A stretch of DNA of 64,000 bases from Candidatus Spongiisociaceae bacterium. Its GTDB lineage: Bacteria; Actinomycetota; Acidimicrobiia; Spongiisociales; Spongiisociaceae. Location of the stretch: the NCBI GenBank assembly GCA_965262915.1, contig OZ253564.1:4416001-4480000 (forward strand). Reading direction: 5' to 3'. Of the stretch, positions 1 through 12,048 are shown piece by piece; the stretch's first letter is position 1; every line of letters begins with the position of its first letter. The notes below the pieces were generated by a model that was not told where the DNA came from, did not search any database, and saw nothing but the letters and a program-made list of their open reading frames with translations. The position numbers were made by a program, and so were the translations under genes.

Positions 1-58
1 CATCCATCCTCAGATGCTCGACAAAGGCACCCCCGACTCGTGGCTGCCCTGGGACTGA
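1..58 (+). CDS. 3' end of an upstream gene (...IHPQMLDKGTPDSWLPWD*), putative partner of the downstream nucleotidyltransferase
   Basis: Overlaps the start of 40..1734; DNA is homologous to the 3' end of the decayed gene at ~60630-61050 (minus strand). Confidence 0.5.
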   Translation, partial: IHPQMLDKGTPDSWLPWD

Positions 59-1734
59 CCCCCACCGGGAAGGGTCTGACACCCGACCAGATCAAGGGTC
101 TGCTACGTATCCTCGACAGGGAGCTGGGTCGCGCTATGGACCTGGATGAGCCGCTGACGATGCTGGTGGTGGGCGGGGCGGCTATCTCTATGCAATGGGA
201 TCCTGGGCGGTACACCAAAGACGTTGACGTGGTGTCCCAGGGCCTACCCCCGATGCTGTGGAAGGTGGTGGCCGACGTGGCCAAAAGCCGGGAAGGCGTG
301 GCACTTGATTGGCTCAACGACGCCGCCCAGCTCATGGTGCCTGTCCCAGACTTCGACCCGGAGCCCACCCTGGTCTACGAAGGTCAGAACATCCACGTCT
401 ACGGGGCGTCCGCCCGCTATGTGCTAGCCATGAAAGCTGTCTCCGCCAGGGTCACCGACATCGAGGACTTGCCCACCCTACTGACGGCCGGAGAGTTCGA
501 CAGTTTCGACGAGGTGCTGGAGACGGTCGCTCAGGCACACGGCCGCACCCAGCTACCCGCCGTGACTCAGAACAAGCTCCGGCAGGCTTGGGACGACGCT
601 CTCACCGCCGCCGCTATGCCCGAACGTGGGTACCTGTCGGTGAACCCCGACTACGACAACGCCTGGGGTTGGCAGCTAGTCGCACGGCATCCCGACGGTG
701 AACCTATCGAACGGTCGGCCACCTACCCGACGAAAGAAGCAGCACGGTCGGTAGCCGATCTAGCGGTGGCCATACTCGACCCGGGGCAGCCGCTCTCGTT
801 CGTCCCCTGGGCACCGGCGGTTCCCCCACCCGCCCCCATAGGCCGCGGACCCGCTGTTCGGGTCAGCGTCGCCCACAAGGACGAGGCGTGGCAGATACGG
901 GCCGTCGACGCCGACGGTTACCTGACCGCCCTGTCCCAGCCCTACACGTCGCATCAGGAAGCCAACGAGGACCTGGCGTTCCTCGCAACGGTCAGCCAAG
1001 TGTGTCGCGTCGAGGTGGACTCACAGGGCCGCGGGGCCCGGTTACCCGTACAGGTCCACGACACCTGCGCCTGTGTCGATACCAACGCCTGCCGACACTA
1101 CGAGACCGCACCTCGGGTACTGGTCCACCACCAACCCGTCCCTGCTAACCCGATCACCGTTTCGGTGCGGGCAGACCGGGCTTCGACGTGGGGCTGGGAA
1201 CTGGTAGCGAACGACCCGGACGGGTCACCCCGCCAGGTCAACGGTCCCTACCCGACGGCGGAGACGGCAGAAGCGGCCCGTGACTTCGCTATGAGCGTTG
1301 TCAACAAGGACGCCCCCCTCCGAGTCGTCGGGTGGTCACCCGCAGATGTTACCGGCTGGGACGACACCGATTACACCGCCCCGGCAGCCGACGTTGCGGT
1401 CACCATCCAGCTGGCACCCGCAGCCGGGGTTGACACCTGGCAGCTGCAAGCAGCCGACCCCGACGGTACGGTGTTTGCGACGTCGCAGGAGTACCAGGGA
1501 TGGCAAACCGTCGCCGCCGCCCGCCACTGGCTGGGAATGCTGGGCGTCATGGCCGGTGACACCGCAGTGAACGGTCCGGTGAGGGACACGACCCTCCCCA
1601 CCAGTCGGGTCTGCGGTTGCGAGTCCCGTGGAGCCGAATGTCACCATCACAACCTCGCACCGGGAACCACATTGGAGGACCTGGCCCACCAGACCCGCCA
1701 GGAGCGACACCGCGGGCCGTCCCTCGGTCTCTGA
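40..1734 (+). CDS. DUF6036-like nucleotidyltransferase fused to four YegP/DUF1508-like repeats and two CxC-x-CxH motifs
   Basis: VVGGAA...RYTKDVDV and WLNDAA...LAMKA motifs; four W-x-L-x-A-x-x-DG...Y repeats; CACVDTNACRH and CGCESRGAECHH. Confidence 0.7.
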   Translation: MAALGLTPTGKGLTPDQIKGLLRILDRELGRAMDLDEPLTMLVVGGAAISMQWDPGRYTKDVDVVSQGLPPMLWKVVADVAKSREGVALDWLNDAAQLMVPVPDFDPEPTLVYEGQNIHVYGASARYVLAMKAVSARVTDIEDLPTLLTAGEFDSFDEVLETVAQAHGRTQLPAVTQNKLRQAWDDALTAAAMPERGYLSVNPDYDNAWGWQLVARHPDGEPIERSATYPTKEAARSVADLAVAILDPGQPLSFVPWAPAVPPPAPIGRGPAVRVSVAHKDEAWQIRAVDADGYLTALSQPYTSHQEANEDLAFLATVSQVCRVEVDSQGRGARLPVQVHDTCACVDTNACRHYETAPRVLVHHQPVPANPITVSVRADRASTWGWELVANDPDGSPRQVNGPYPTAETAEAARDFAMSVVNKDAPLRVVGWSPADVTGWDDTDYTAPAADVAVTIQLAPAAGVDTWQLQAADPDGTVFATSQEYQGWQTVAAARHWLGMLGVMAGDTAVNGPVRDTTLPTSRVCGCESRGAECHHHNLAPGTTLEDLAHQTRQERHRGPSLGL

Positions 1735-1739
1735 TCTTC

Positions 1740-1830
1740 GGTAGTTAGCAGACGGCCCATCACAACACCTCCTACCCATCCCGACTGGTATTTCCAGACC
1801 TAGGTGTTGCGTTGACCCTCTGAGGCCACA
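1740..1830 (-). mobile_element. IS30-like left-end remnant
   Basis: Reverse complement TGTGGCCTCAGAGGGTCAACGCAACACC...GGAGGTG, homologous to 11828-11910; no transposase follows. Confidence 0.55.
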
Positions 1831-1852
1831 GTCCAAATATTCCGTTAACCCC
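1831..1852 (-). repeat. Outer 22 bp of a Tn3-family terminal inverted repeat
   Basis: gtccaaatattccgttaacccc matches the reverse complement of the IR at 36908 (ggggttagcggaatatttggac) with one mismatch. Confidence 0.7.
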
Positions 1853-2025
1853 ATCGAGGCGGCGGGACGCATCCGATCATTGACAGTGCTGGCGGTGGCA
1901 TCAGCGGCCACTTGGCCGGTGACCGCCACGACCAGGGGCCATACCTCGGGTCTCTGACCGTGTAGCCCACAACGGTCAGGTTGTCCGATCATTGGCGGTT
2001 GGCGGCACGGGCGCGGCGGTCAGGC

Positions 2026-3024
2026 TCAGAGGCTCAGCCCGCCGGATGGTCTAACCAGCTGTGGGGTGCTGTCGCGCGACCGGATCCGCACCCGCCGCTG
2101 GTAGAGCTCTTGGAGAGCGTCCCACGCGGTGCGGAGACGGGGATGAGCATCGAACAGTCTGTCGAGGTGCGCCTGGTGGGCTTCGGTTAGGTGATCGGCC
2201 CGGCGCAGGAGGGTGAAGCGGGCTCGGAACAGGTCCGGCTCGAACGTTGGGGGACGCCGGTGGGGGTCGCGGCGCTGCAGCTCTCTGCGTACCAGAGTGA
2301 GGCCTTGGGTGAACCAGCGTACGACGTGGAACCGGTCGAGCACATGGCGAGCAGCTGGCAGATACTGTGCGATTGCGGCCTGATATGAGCGGGACCCGTC
2401 GCTCACGACTATCTCCACCTGCCGGCACCACTGGGGTCCTTGATCCCTAAAGAACCTGGACAGCGACCCTTTCGTGCGACCTGGGATCATCGCCAGCACC
2501 TTGCCGCTGTCGCCACAGGCGACCACAGTCACATACCGGTGACGGCGCCGTATCGACGTTTCGTCGACCAACAGCACACGACACGGCCGGGCCCGGCGAC
2601 GCTGCGCCACCCGCTCCGAGTGGGCTCTCACCAACCCCATTATCCGATGCCACCCAACCCCGTGATGGCGGGACGCTGCCCGAATCGACATCACCGTTGC
2701 ATCCGCCACCAGGCGACGGGCGAACCGGCGGGTTAGGCCAGCTTCGAACTGGTCGTGGTCCTCGAGGTGCCGCTCGCCACAGTTCCCACATTCGAACCGG
2801 CGTCGCCGCCACACCAGCGTGGTGCGGCGGCCGCTCACCTCCAAGTCACGAACCCTCTTGGATCGCCGATCCCACACCCGTCGGCATTTGAACCCGCAAT
2901 GGCGGCACCGCGACCACTCCCGAGCCGATTCCACTTCGACCTCGAGACGCTCAACAGTGTCGACCCCCACCCTCATCACGCGAACACCCGACAAGTGCAG
3001 ACGAACGGACATAACATCAGACAT
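2026..3024 (-). pseudogene. ISL3-family transposase, 3'-truncated
   Basis: CxxC zinc finger, RRRRFEC, VDETS and DRFHVV motifs; C-terminal catalytic region missing. Confidence 0.85.
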
Positions 3025-3123
3025 CGAGGCCTCTCCCTGGATCGGCGATGTTGGCTATTCACCGATTCCAGCGGGGCCTCACCCCCATTCCAAGGATTTC
3101 ACCCCACCCAACCCACGATGCTC

Positions 3124-4357
3124 CTATGTTTTGCAAATCGGTTGTTGGGTGAGCCAGTGTTGGTATCGGGTAGCGAGGTGGTGGTTGTGGTGGAGGCCTC
3201 GTTCGAGTTGTGATAGGACGGTGGGCTGCGTGTCGAGGTGGTGGGCGGCGCGGGTGAGGGTGATTCGGGCTTGGGTTCGGCGGTGGCGTAGGTCGGTTCC
3301 GTGGGGTGTTGGGGGCGGGTCGGTGAGGAGGTGGTATATCTCGCGGGCGATGTGGCGTTTCAGGCAGCGGATTATTTCGGTGTGGGTTTTTCCTTCCGCT
3401 TCGCGTCTGGTGACATATTCTTTGGTGGCAGCGTCGGTGCGCATTCGGTTGGTAGCGCATCGGCCATAGCGCGTTGTTTGCTTGGCGGTTGCCGCCTCGG
3501 TTGAGACGGTGCCGCACTATCGGTCCCGATGATGCGGCTACGGGGCTGAGGGCGCAGAGGGCCGCGAAGGCTGCTTCTGAGTTCATACGTCGTGGGTTGT
3601 CACCAGCAGCGACCAGGAGAGCAGCGGCGGTGTCGGGTCCTACTCCGTAGGCGGCCAGCAACGCAGGGTTGGCCCGTGCGCAGAGACCGCGGATCTGTTT
3701 GTCGACCTGTGTGATCTCGGTGTCTAGATTCTGGTATCGGCGGGCTAGAAGCCGCAGTGCCCGCTTGGCGTATGCCGCAGTGGTCTGCGCTGTGGCTGGA
3801 CGGAAGCGGGCACAGACCTTGACCTGTGTCCGGGTCGGGAGATCCCGGAGTTGGTGTTTGACCTGCTCAGGAGCGGTTACTACCAGAGCGTGCAGCTGGT
3901 TGGCGGCCTGGGTGCGGGCTTTGACCGCGGAGCGGCGAACTACCCGCAGCATCCTGGTGGCTTCTACCGGTCCGTCGCCCGTCTTGGGTAGGGCGGTCGC
4001 TTCACCGTTGAGAGCAGCCCGGGCTGCTGCCTCAGCGTCGGTGGTGTCATCCTTGCCCCGCCGCCGGCGAAGCTGGCGGTTGGGACGGTTCACCTCCACC
4101 ACACCGATACCCGCCTCGGTGAGATGACGTGTGAGCCCAGCGCCGTAGCTGCCCGTTCCCCCCACCCCGACCCGGCAGATCCGACCCCACGACTCCATCG
4201 GGGCGACCAGTTGGGCATAACCGGAGGTATCAGCCCCGAACTGGGCGGATCCCAACAGGCGACCCGCGCCATCCACCACCGCCCCAACGTGGAAATCCCG
4301 ATGTGTGTCCACCCCGCCAACCACACCTACCCCATCGGCCCTAACTTGCTCCGCCAT
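3124..4357 (-). pseudogene. IS110 recombinase with C-terminal XRE HTH, frameshifted
   Basis: GVDTH and RLNRGGNRQAN motifs; VGVGGTG replaces the VGVEGTG of sister copies; frameshift near 3460. Confidence 0.85.
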
Positions 4358-4451
4358 GTGCTCGCCTTTCGTCGGCTGCCTAGAATCCAACCCCCGGAGC
4401 CGGGCAGAGCGGCGGACAGAACACTCACGGTGCAAAAGTCGAAGGCTCCTA

Positions 4452-4690
4452 ATGGGGGTCCACCACTTCTGCCGGTGTTTCTGGGAGGGTGTGGTGGTTG
4501 AGCTGGCTGGCCGGTGAGTACTCCAGGCTCCTGGAACGTTGATTCCTGCTGATAGATCGTGCCCCGGCCGGTGAGTGAGGGCCGCTTGTAGCGCTCATGG
4601 GGTGGCGTGCCACAGAGCACTGATCCATTAGGTCGCCGCCAGGCGTTCTCCACAGCTCAGCAGAGAGTGGACCCGCGCAAGGAAGGGGCG
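4452..4690 (+). ncRNA. Putative bridge RNA
   Basis: AGGCTCCT (4525-4532) and TGATAG (4550-4555) match the target flanks; TGGGGTG (4598-4604) and CCATTAG (4625-4631) match the element's own ends. Confidence 0.7.
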
Positions 4691-4694
4691 AAGG

Positions 4695-5915
4695 ATGATC
4701 TTTGTGGGTAACGACTGGGCTGAGGGACATCACGATGTGTATCTCATGGACGAGGAGGGAGCCCGCCTGGGGTTCTCCCGTCTACCGGAGGGCCTGGCGG
4801 GTGTGGCCCGCTTGCACGAGATGGTCGCCAAACACGCATCGGATGCGGCCGAGGTGGTGGTAGGGATCGAGACCGACCGTGGTCTGTGGGTCGGTGCTCT
4901 GGTCGGGGCGGGTTATCAGGTGTATGCGATCAACCCGATGGCAGTTTCCCGTTACCGGGACCGTCACCGCCAGGGTGGAGCCAAATCAGACCGAGGAGAC
5001 GCCAAGGTGTTAGCCGATCTGGTACGCACCGACCGTCACAACCACCGTCCGGTAGCCGGGGACAGCCCCGAATCGGAAGGTATCAAGATCATGGCCCGTG
5101 CCCATCAGAACCTGATCTGGGCGCGGACCCGCCACACCAACCAGATGCGCAACGCGCTGCGCGAGTACTACCCTGCAGCCCTGGAAACGTTCGATGACCT
5201 GGCCCATCGCGACGCCCTAGCCATACTCGGTCGGGCACCCACCCCCACCCGGGGCGCCCGCCTGACACTTCCCCAGATCAGAGCAGCGGTACAGAGAGGC
5301 GGACGGAAACGCAACCTCGACAAGGTTGCCCGCCGCATACAGAAAGGCCTCAGAGGTGCCCACCTCACCGCACCCGGGCCGGTCGCGGACGCCTTCGGGA
5401 CGATCGTTGCTTCGCTGGTCAAGATCATCGCGGAAACCAACCGCCAGATCGCCGACCTCGAAGAAACCCTCGAGACCCATTTTGAAGAACACCCGGACGC
5501 CGTCATCTACCACTCCCAGCCAGGACTCGGTACCGTGCTCGGCGCCCGGGCGCTCGGTGAGTTCGGGGATGACCCCGACCGCTACACCAGCGCCAAGTCT
5601 CGCAGAAACTACGCCGGCACGTCGCCCATCACCATCGCATCAGGCCGCAAACACGCCGTCGTTGCCCGCCAGGTCCGCAACCGGCGACTCCCCAACGCTT
5701 TGGACCAATGGGCATTCTGTTCCCTCAACAACAGTCCAGGAGCGCGAGCCTTCTACGACCAACGAAAAGCAGCCGGCGACCTCCACCACCAAGCACTACG
5801 AGCCCTCGCCAACCGGCTCGTCGGCATCCTCCACGGCTGCCTCAAACACCGAACCCCCTACGACGAACACACCGCCTGGGCACACCGAACCATGCTCGAC
5901 CGAGCCGCAGCTTGA
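4695..5915 (+). CDS. IS110-family recombinase/transposase
   Basis: GNDWAEGHHD, GIETDRG, AKSDRGDA and YAGTSPITIASG motifs; intact ORF. Confidence 0.92.
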   Translation: MIFVGNDWAEGHHDVYLMDEEGARLGFSRLPEGLAGVARLHEMVAKHASDAAEVVVGIETDRGLWVGALVGAGYQVYAINPMAVSRYRDRHRQGGAKSDRGDAKVLADLVRTDRHNHRPVAGDSPESEGIKIMARAHQNLIWARTRHTNQMRNALREYYPAALETFDDLAHRDALAILGRAPTPTRGARLTLPQIRAAVQRGGRKRNLDKVARRIQKGLRGAHLTAPGPVADAFGTIVASLVKIIAETNRQIADLEETLETHFEEHPDAVIYHSQPGLGTVLGARALGEFGDDPDRYTSAKSRRNYAGTSPITIASGRKHAVVARQVRNRRLPNALDQWAFCSLNNSPGARAFYDQRKAAGDLHHQALRALANRLVGILHGCLKHRTPYDEHTAWAHRTMLDRAAA

Positions 5916-5937
5916 CATTTACGCTCCTGGGGTGTCT

Positions 5938-6060
5938 ATCAAGTCACCCCGCTCCCCGGTTCAGGGTTCCCACCCGGGGCCAGGTCGACAGATCGTGGGA
6001 AAGGCACCAAAGGCCAGTTTTCGCGTGAGTCAGACCCGGCCCCAACCGGAAACCCTATAA
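5938..6060 (-). ncRNA. 5' half (target-binding loop) of the split bridge RNA of the outer IS110; 3' half at ~4360-4448
   Basis: Same scaffold as 40812-41030; variable segment ATCGTGGG (5992-5999) equals the element's right flank. Confidence 0.65.
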
Positions 6061-6370
6061 GTATGAGTGTTTCCGCGCAGGGCCAACTACTCATCTAGGC
6101 TAGGCTGTCATGTGGCACAACAATCCGAAGGTCCACTACAAGTGTGAGGGCCTCGAGTCGGGTCCTTGTGAAAAGCGGCATCATGACCTTATGACAGCGG
6201 TTCACCATACGGACAAGTACAACCGGCGGGTTTCGATGGACAATCCGAGGGCGGTGGGGGATCGGGTAGTGATCGCCCATGGCGACCTTGATCCGTTGCC
6301 CTATCCAGTGCGGGCCGCACAACCCTGCGACTGCCCCACCGATCATTGAGGCCGGGAGACGGGGAACGGT

Positions 6371-8336
<1,966 letters not shown>

Positions 8337-8759
8337 AACACCCCCCAGGCCATCTCTGTGACAGGGGGACAGAGCCCTGCCCGCCGAGGGATCACCGTAT
8401 GGAGCCGCTCGGACCGCTGGCGGCCCGGCTCCGGCCAATCGCTCCGCTCCAGATCGTCGGGCTCCACGGCGGCCACCACCACGTACTCGTCGGCCACCGT
8501 CACCAGGAGACCCGAGTGGCCGAGGTCGTAGCCGGTATAAGCCACCACCCGCCGGCCCACTAGCCAGCGGAGCAACGTGTGCAGGTCTACGGGCGGGTCA
8601 GCCATGCCGGCGGACCCTACTACTGGGAGGCGTTGAGGTCCACGGGGCTCAAACTCCGTGCCACCGGAGGACCCTTCCGCTGTGGGCTTCTGGGGGCCGG
8701 GCCACCGACGGGGCCAACCGCCACGACAGCGTCCTGTTCAAACCCACCCTTGACCAGGT

Positions 8760-9118
8760 GATTCCCGAGGTCTCGTTCTCGACATCGAGACCCTGCACCT
8801 AGACCGGGCCTATGACAGCAAAGCGGTGCAGGCTCTCTGCGAAGCCGCCGGGATCACCGATGTGATATGCGCCAAAAAACGGCCACGAGGCCAAGCCAAC
8901 CACACCAAGCAACCAACCCCCCTCGGGTATGCGCTGGACCGTCGAGCGGACCAACTCATGGCTCTCCAACTACGGGCAACTCCGCCGCAACACCAACCGG
9001 CGTATCCAACACCGGCTAACACAACTCGCCCTCGCCATCGTACTGATCATCACCATCAAACTCATCAACTGGTGAAACCGCTGGAACCCCACCAACTAAC
9101 CTATCCGCGCACGTTCTC
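8760..9118 (+). pseudogene. IS5-family transposase 3' remnant
   Basis: LHLDRAYDS...RWTVERTNSWLSNYGQLRRNT read across a frameshift. Confidence 0.7.
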
Positions 9119-9193
9119 AACCAAAACAGTCTCCGATGAAACCCGGGTGCGGTTCAATCTCAATGTATACCACGTCTGAACGGAGAGGCTCCT

Positions 9194-10942
9194 GTGGCTA
9201 AAGGATCGGAAGAACCACGACGCCGAGGTCCCCATCCGTTGCTGGCCGCGGCTCTTTCCGTGGTCTGGCCTGGATTGGGGCACTTCGGACATGATACCCG
9301 CCGAGGGCTGATGCTAGCCAGCGCAACGCTTGTCACCGTCGTGATCGGACTCGTCTACACCTTAACGCGGGGCGTGACGACTCTGCTTGCTTGGAGCGTG
9401 ACTCGGTTATCGCTCCAGGTTCTCATCGCCGGCGTTCTATGTGTTCTGGTGTTTCGGGTCGTGGTTACTGTTGACGCATACAGAACTGTGGCACGTGGGT
9501 GCCGACCGCAACATTGGAGCGCGCACCGCCGATTCGGAACCTTGGCCATGCTCGTGTTGCTGGCCGTGATCGTCGCCGTGCCACATGTCATCGCTATCCG
9601 ATTCGCTGTAGCTCAGCTTGGCCTGTTGTCCGGCGTCTTCGATGCAACAGACACGCAGACCGCGATTGCGACTCCAGTTCCCATCACCATCGTTCCGGCG
9701 ACTCTGCCTCTGGCTGCTACGACCGGACTGCCCGAATCGTCTGTTCCGGTTGCGCAGACGACCTCTGTGCCCTCGACTATGGCTCCTTCCACGACGGTGC
9801 CGCCACCTGCTCGCGACGGAGCTGATCGACTGGCCAGCGCCGTCGCGATGCCCGAATCGTCTGTTCCGGTTGCGCAGACGACCTCTGTGCCCTCGACTAT
9901 GGCTCCTTCCACGACGGTGCCGTCACCTGCTCGCGACGGAGCTGATCGACTGGCCAGCGCCGTCGCGATGCCCGAATCGTCTGTTCCGGTTGCGCAGACG
10001 ACCTCTGTGCCCTCGACTATGGCTCCTTCCACGACGGTGCCGTCACCTGCTCGCGACGGAGCTGATCGACTCACGATTGCTTTGCTTGGAGGCGACGGCG
10101 GATTCGGCCGCACAGGCGTACGAACCGATACGATCATCGTACTGTCGATCGATACGGTCACCGGCGACGCCGCCGCGTTCAACGTGCCGCGTAACTGGAG
10201 CCGTCTCACGTTCCCCGATGGGACACCCGCATCCCAACGATGGCCCGACGGTTACCCGGATCTCGCCAACGCGGTGTACGGCGCGGGGTTGAGATTCCCT
10301 GGGGTGTTCCCGGGTGTCGAGGATACAGCCGGCCATGCGATCAAGTCAGCCCTCGCTCAACTGACCGGGCTCCCCATCCAATACTATGTGCTCGTCGACA
10401 TGGTGGGATTTGTTGACGCTATCGACTTGTTCGGCGGTATCGACATACATGTCACCGAAGCGATCAACGACCGGATCAAGCCCATCGAACCCAACGGCCC
10501 ACACATCGACATTGTGGTTAAGCCCGGCGACTACCACTTCGACGGTCTGACCGCCCTCGGTTACGTGCGTTCCCGAACCACGAGCTCGGACTACCACCGC
10601 ATGACCCGCCAACGATGCGTGGTGGAAGCATTGATCGACCAGATCACGCTCGCAGAGATGCTGGCAAACTTCCTGGCGCTCACCGACATCATCTCCGACC
10701 ACATCAAAACCGACATACCACTCGACCGGCTAAACGAACTCATCATCCTCGGAGATAAGCTTGACACTTCCAGAATTGTCACCGTCAACTTCATCCCCCC
10801 CGAGTTCCCGCGCGGTCGTGCACCGATCACCCGAGTACGCGAGGCTGTCACCCAAGCACTTCAAGGCGCCACGAACCAGACCAACAGTTCTCTCGTCGAC
10901 AGCTGCCACGGGCCACAGGGACTACCCCACCGCCTTCACTAG
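9194..10942 (+). CDS. LytR-CpsA-Psr (LCP) family protein
   Basis: N-terminal TM helices; LLGGD...RTDTIIV, VPRN and ALGYVRSR..SDYHRMTRQ motifs. Confidence 0.9.
   Translation: MAKGSEEPRRRGPHPLLAAALSVVWPGLGHFGHDTRRGLMLASATLVTVVIGLVYTLTRGVTTLLAWSVTRLSLQVLIAGVLCVLVFRVVVTVDAYRTVARGCRPQHWSAHRRFGTLAMLVLLAVIVAVPHVIAIRFAVAQLGLLSGVFDATDTQTAIATPVPITIVPATLPLAATTGLPESSVPVAQTTSVPSTMAPSTTVPPPARDGADRLASAVAMPESSVPVAQTTSVPSTMAPSTTVPSPARDGADRLASAVAMPESSVPVAQTTSVPSTMAPSTTVPSPARDGADRLTIALLGGDGGFGRTGVRTDTIIVLSIDTVTGDAAAFNVPRNWSRLTFPDGTPASQRWPDGYPDLANAVYGAGLRFPGVFPGVEDTAGHAIKSALAQLTGLPIQYYVLVDMVGFVDAIDLFGGIDIHVTEAINDRIKPIEPNGPHIDIVVKPGDYHFDGLTALGYVRSRTTSSDYHRMTRQRCVVEALIDQITLAEMLANFLALTDIISDHIKTDIPLDRLNELIILGDKLDTSRIVTVNFIPPEFPRGRAPITRVREAVTQALQGATNQTNSSLVDSCHGPQGLPHRLH
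9730..10071 (+). repeat. 120-bp in-frame tandem repeat (~2.8 copies) in the LCP linker
   Basis: cccgaatcgtctgttccgg at 9731, 9851 and 9971. Confidence 0.95.
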
Positions 10943-11019
10943 AACAATAATAGCCACCATCACCAAGTCACGTCCAAGCATATCCCCCTCAGAAGTCGCC
11001 AGCACCCGACCACGGCGGG

Positions 11020-11115
11020 GGGCATCACACCCCAGGCCGGAGACAGGCCGACAGATCATAGAAAAGGCACAACGGCCAGTTTGTCAAAGGGTCAGACCTG
11101 TCCCCGGCCCAAGAC
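11020..11115 (-). ncRNA. Orphan IS110 bridge-RNA target-loop fragment
   Basis: GGCCGACAG-N8-AAAGGCACAA-GGCCAG-N9-GGGTCAGACC scaffold shared with 22284-22335; no adjacent recombinase. Confidence 0.6.
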
Positions 11116-11186
11116 CGCTACCGGTACGGTTCAGTCCGCACTTCGGGCAAGCCGATACGGGGTTGGCTGAGCATCGGCGCCAAATC

Positions 11187-11387
11187 GGGGTTACCGTCGA
11201 ACATGGACAAAGGACAACGGTTTCGTTCAGCCACTCGCGCCCCACTGCCATACCGCCGGTTGATCACCTCAGCAAAGTCGTGAGATGTGAGAGTGAAGCA
11301 CCGCCCCAAGTCGTCGGTATCAACATGGTTCGGGAACCTGGCCAAGACGTCGCGGTCGGCTACTTTGAGAAACCCTCCACGCCCCAA
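11187..11387 (-). mobile_element. Tn3 remnant: 38-bp IR next to a TnpA N-terminal fragment
   Basis: ggggttaccgtcgaacatggacaaaggacaacggtttc at 11187-11224; FLKVADRDVLARFP...DLGRCFTLT. Confidence 0.6.
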
Positions 11388-11827
11388 GAATCCCCCCTAG
11401 CGAGGTAGAGATACCCCACCGACTACCACCAGGCCGGCTTCGGTGGCCAGTTCCTCCAATGACCCGAACACCGGGCCGGCAGCCTCCATATACCCGATAC
11501 CCGGGCCGTCGGCCTTCAGCAGCAGTACCCACCAACCCGCCGATCACCGCAGCTGTAACCGCGACGACCGCGAGCATCCTCGCCTTGTAGAGCTGCCTAC
11601 TCACTTGCATGCCTCTCGTCTCCCCTCGGCGTCTACAAGTGGGTCCCCCTGGTCTGGTCACTAGTAGAGAGCGTCCACGCCGTTCTGGACGTCGGCGGCA
11701 GAGAACGACCTCCAGAAGTTCAGCGCCTAGGCGATGTTCATGACCCACACAGGGAGCGTCGATCGCTGAGACCACACCCATGGCCGAGTCCATACACCGA
11801 TACGCACCCAAACCGTTGTGTTTTATC

Positions 11828-11910
11828 TGTGGCCTCAGAGGGTCAACGCAACACCCTGGGCTGGAAATACCGGCTGGGATGAGTTGGAGGTGTCGTGGTG
11901 GGCCGCCAGA
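11828..11910 (+). mobile_element. IS30-like left-end remnant
   Basis: TGTGGCCTCAGAGGGTCAACGCAACACC; homologous to 1740-1830 in inverted orientation. Confidence 0.55.
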
Positions 11911-12048
11911 CGGACGATCCGGTGTGAAGCAGTACGAGATGGACGCACCTGTCTTTGGCAGAATGGACTTGAAGTCGGGAACGTGTCTAGCTGACCGGTT
12001 GCGATGCCTTGCTCGGAGTGGTGTCACGTCCTGAGATTGTGGGGGATG

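Larger units (their letters stand above)
4449..5937 (+). mobile_element. IS110-family element (second subgroup) with CT core
   Basis: CT at 4449-4450 and 5936-5937; removing it restores the continuous non-coding end of the outer IS110. Confidence 0.85.
3118..6070 (-). mobile_element. IS110 (HTH-tail group) inserted in the left IR of the ISL3 element and interrupted by a second IS110
   Basis: Right end CATAGGAGCAT at ~3118-3128; left end CACTCATAC at ~6061-6069; rejoined flanks give the ISL3-like IR GGCCCTGCGCGGAAATCGTGGG. Confidence 0.75.

Noticed and set aside
9730-10071. Regular repeats as a CRISPR array
   Set aside because: Contiguous 120-bp in-frame coding repeats with no unique spacers; no cas genes.
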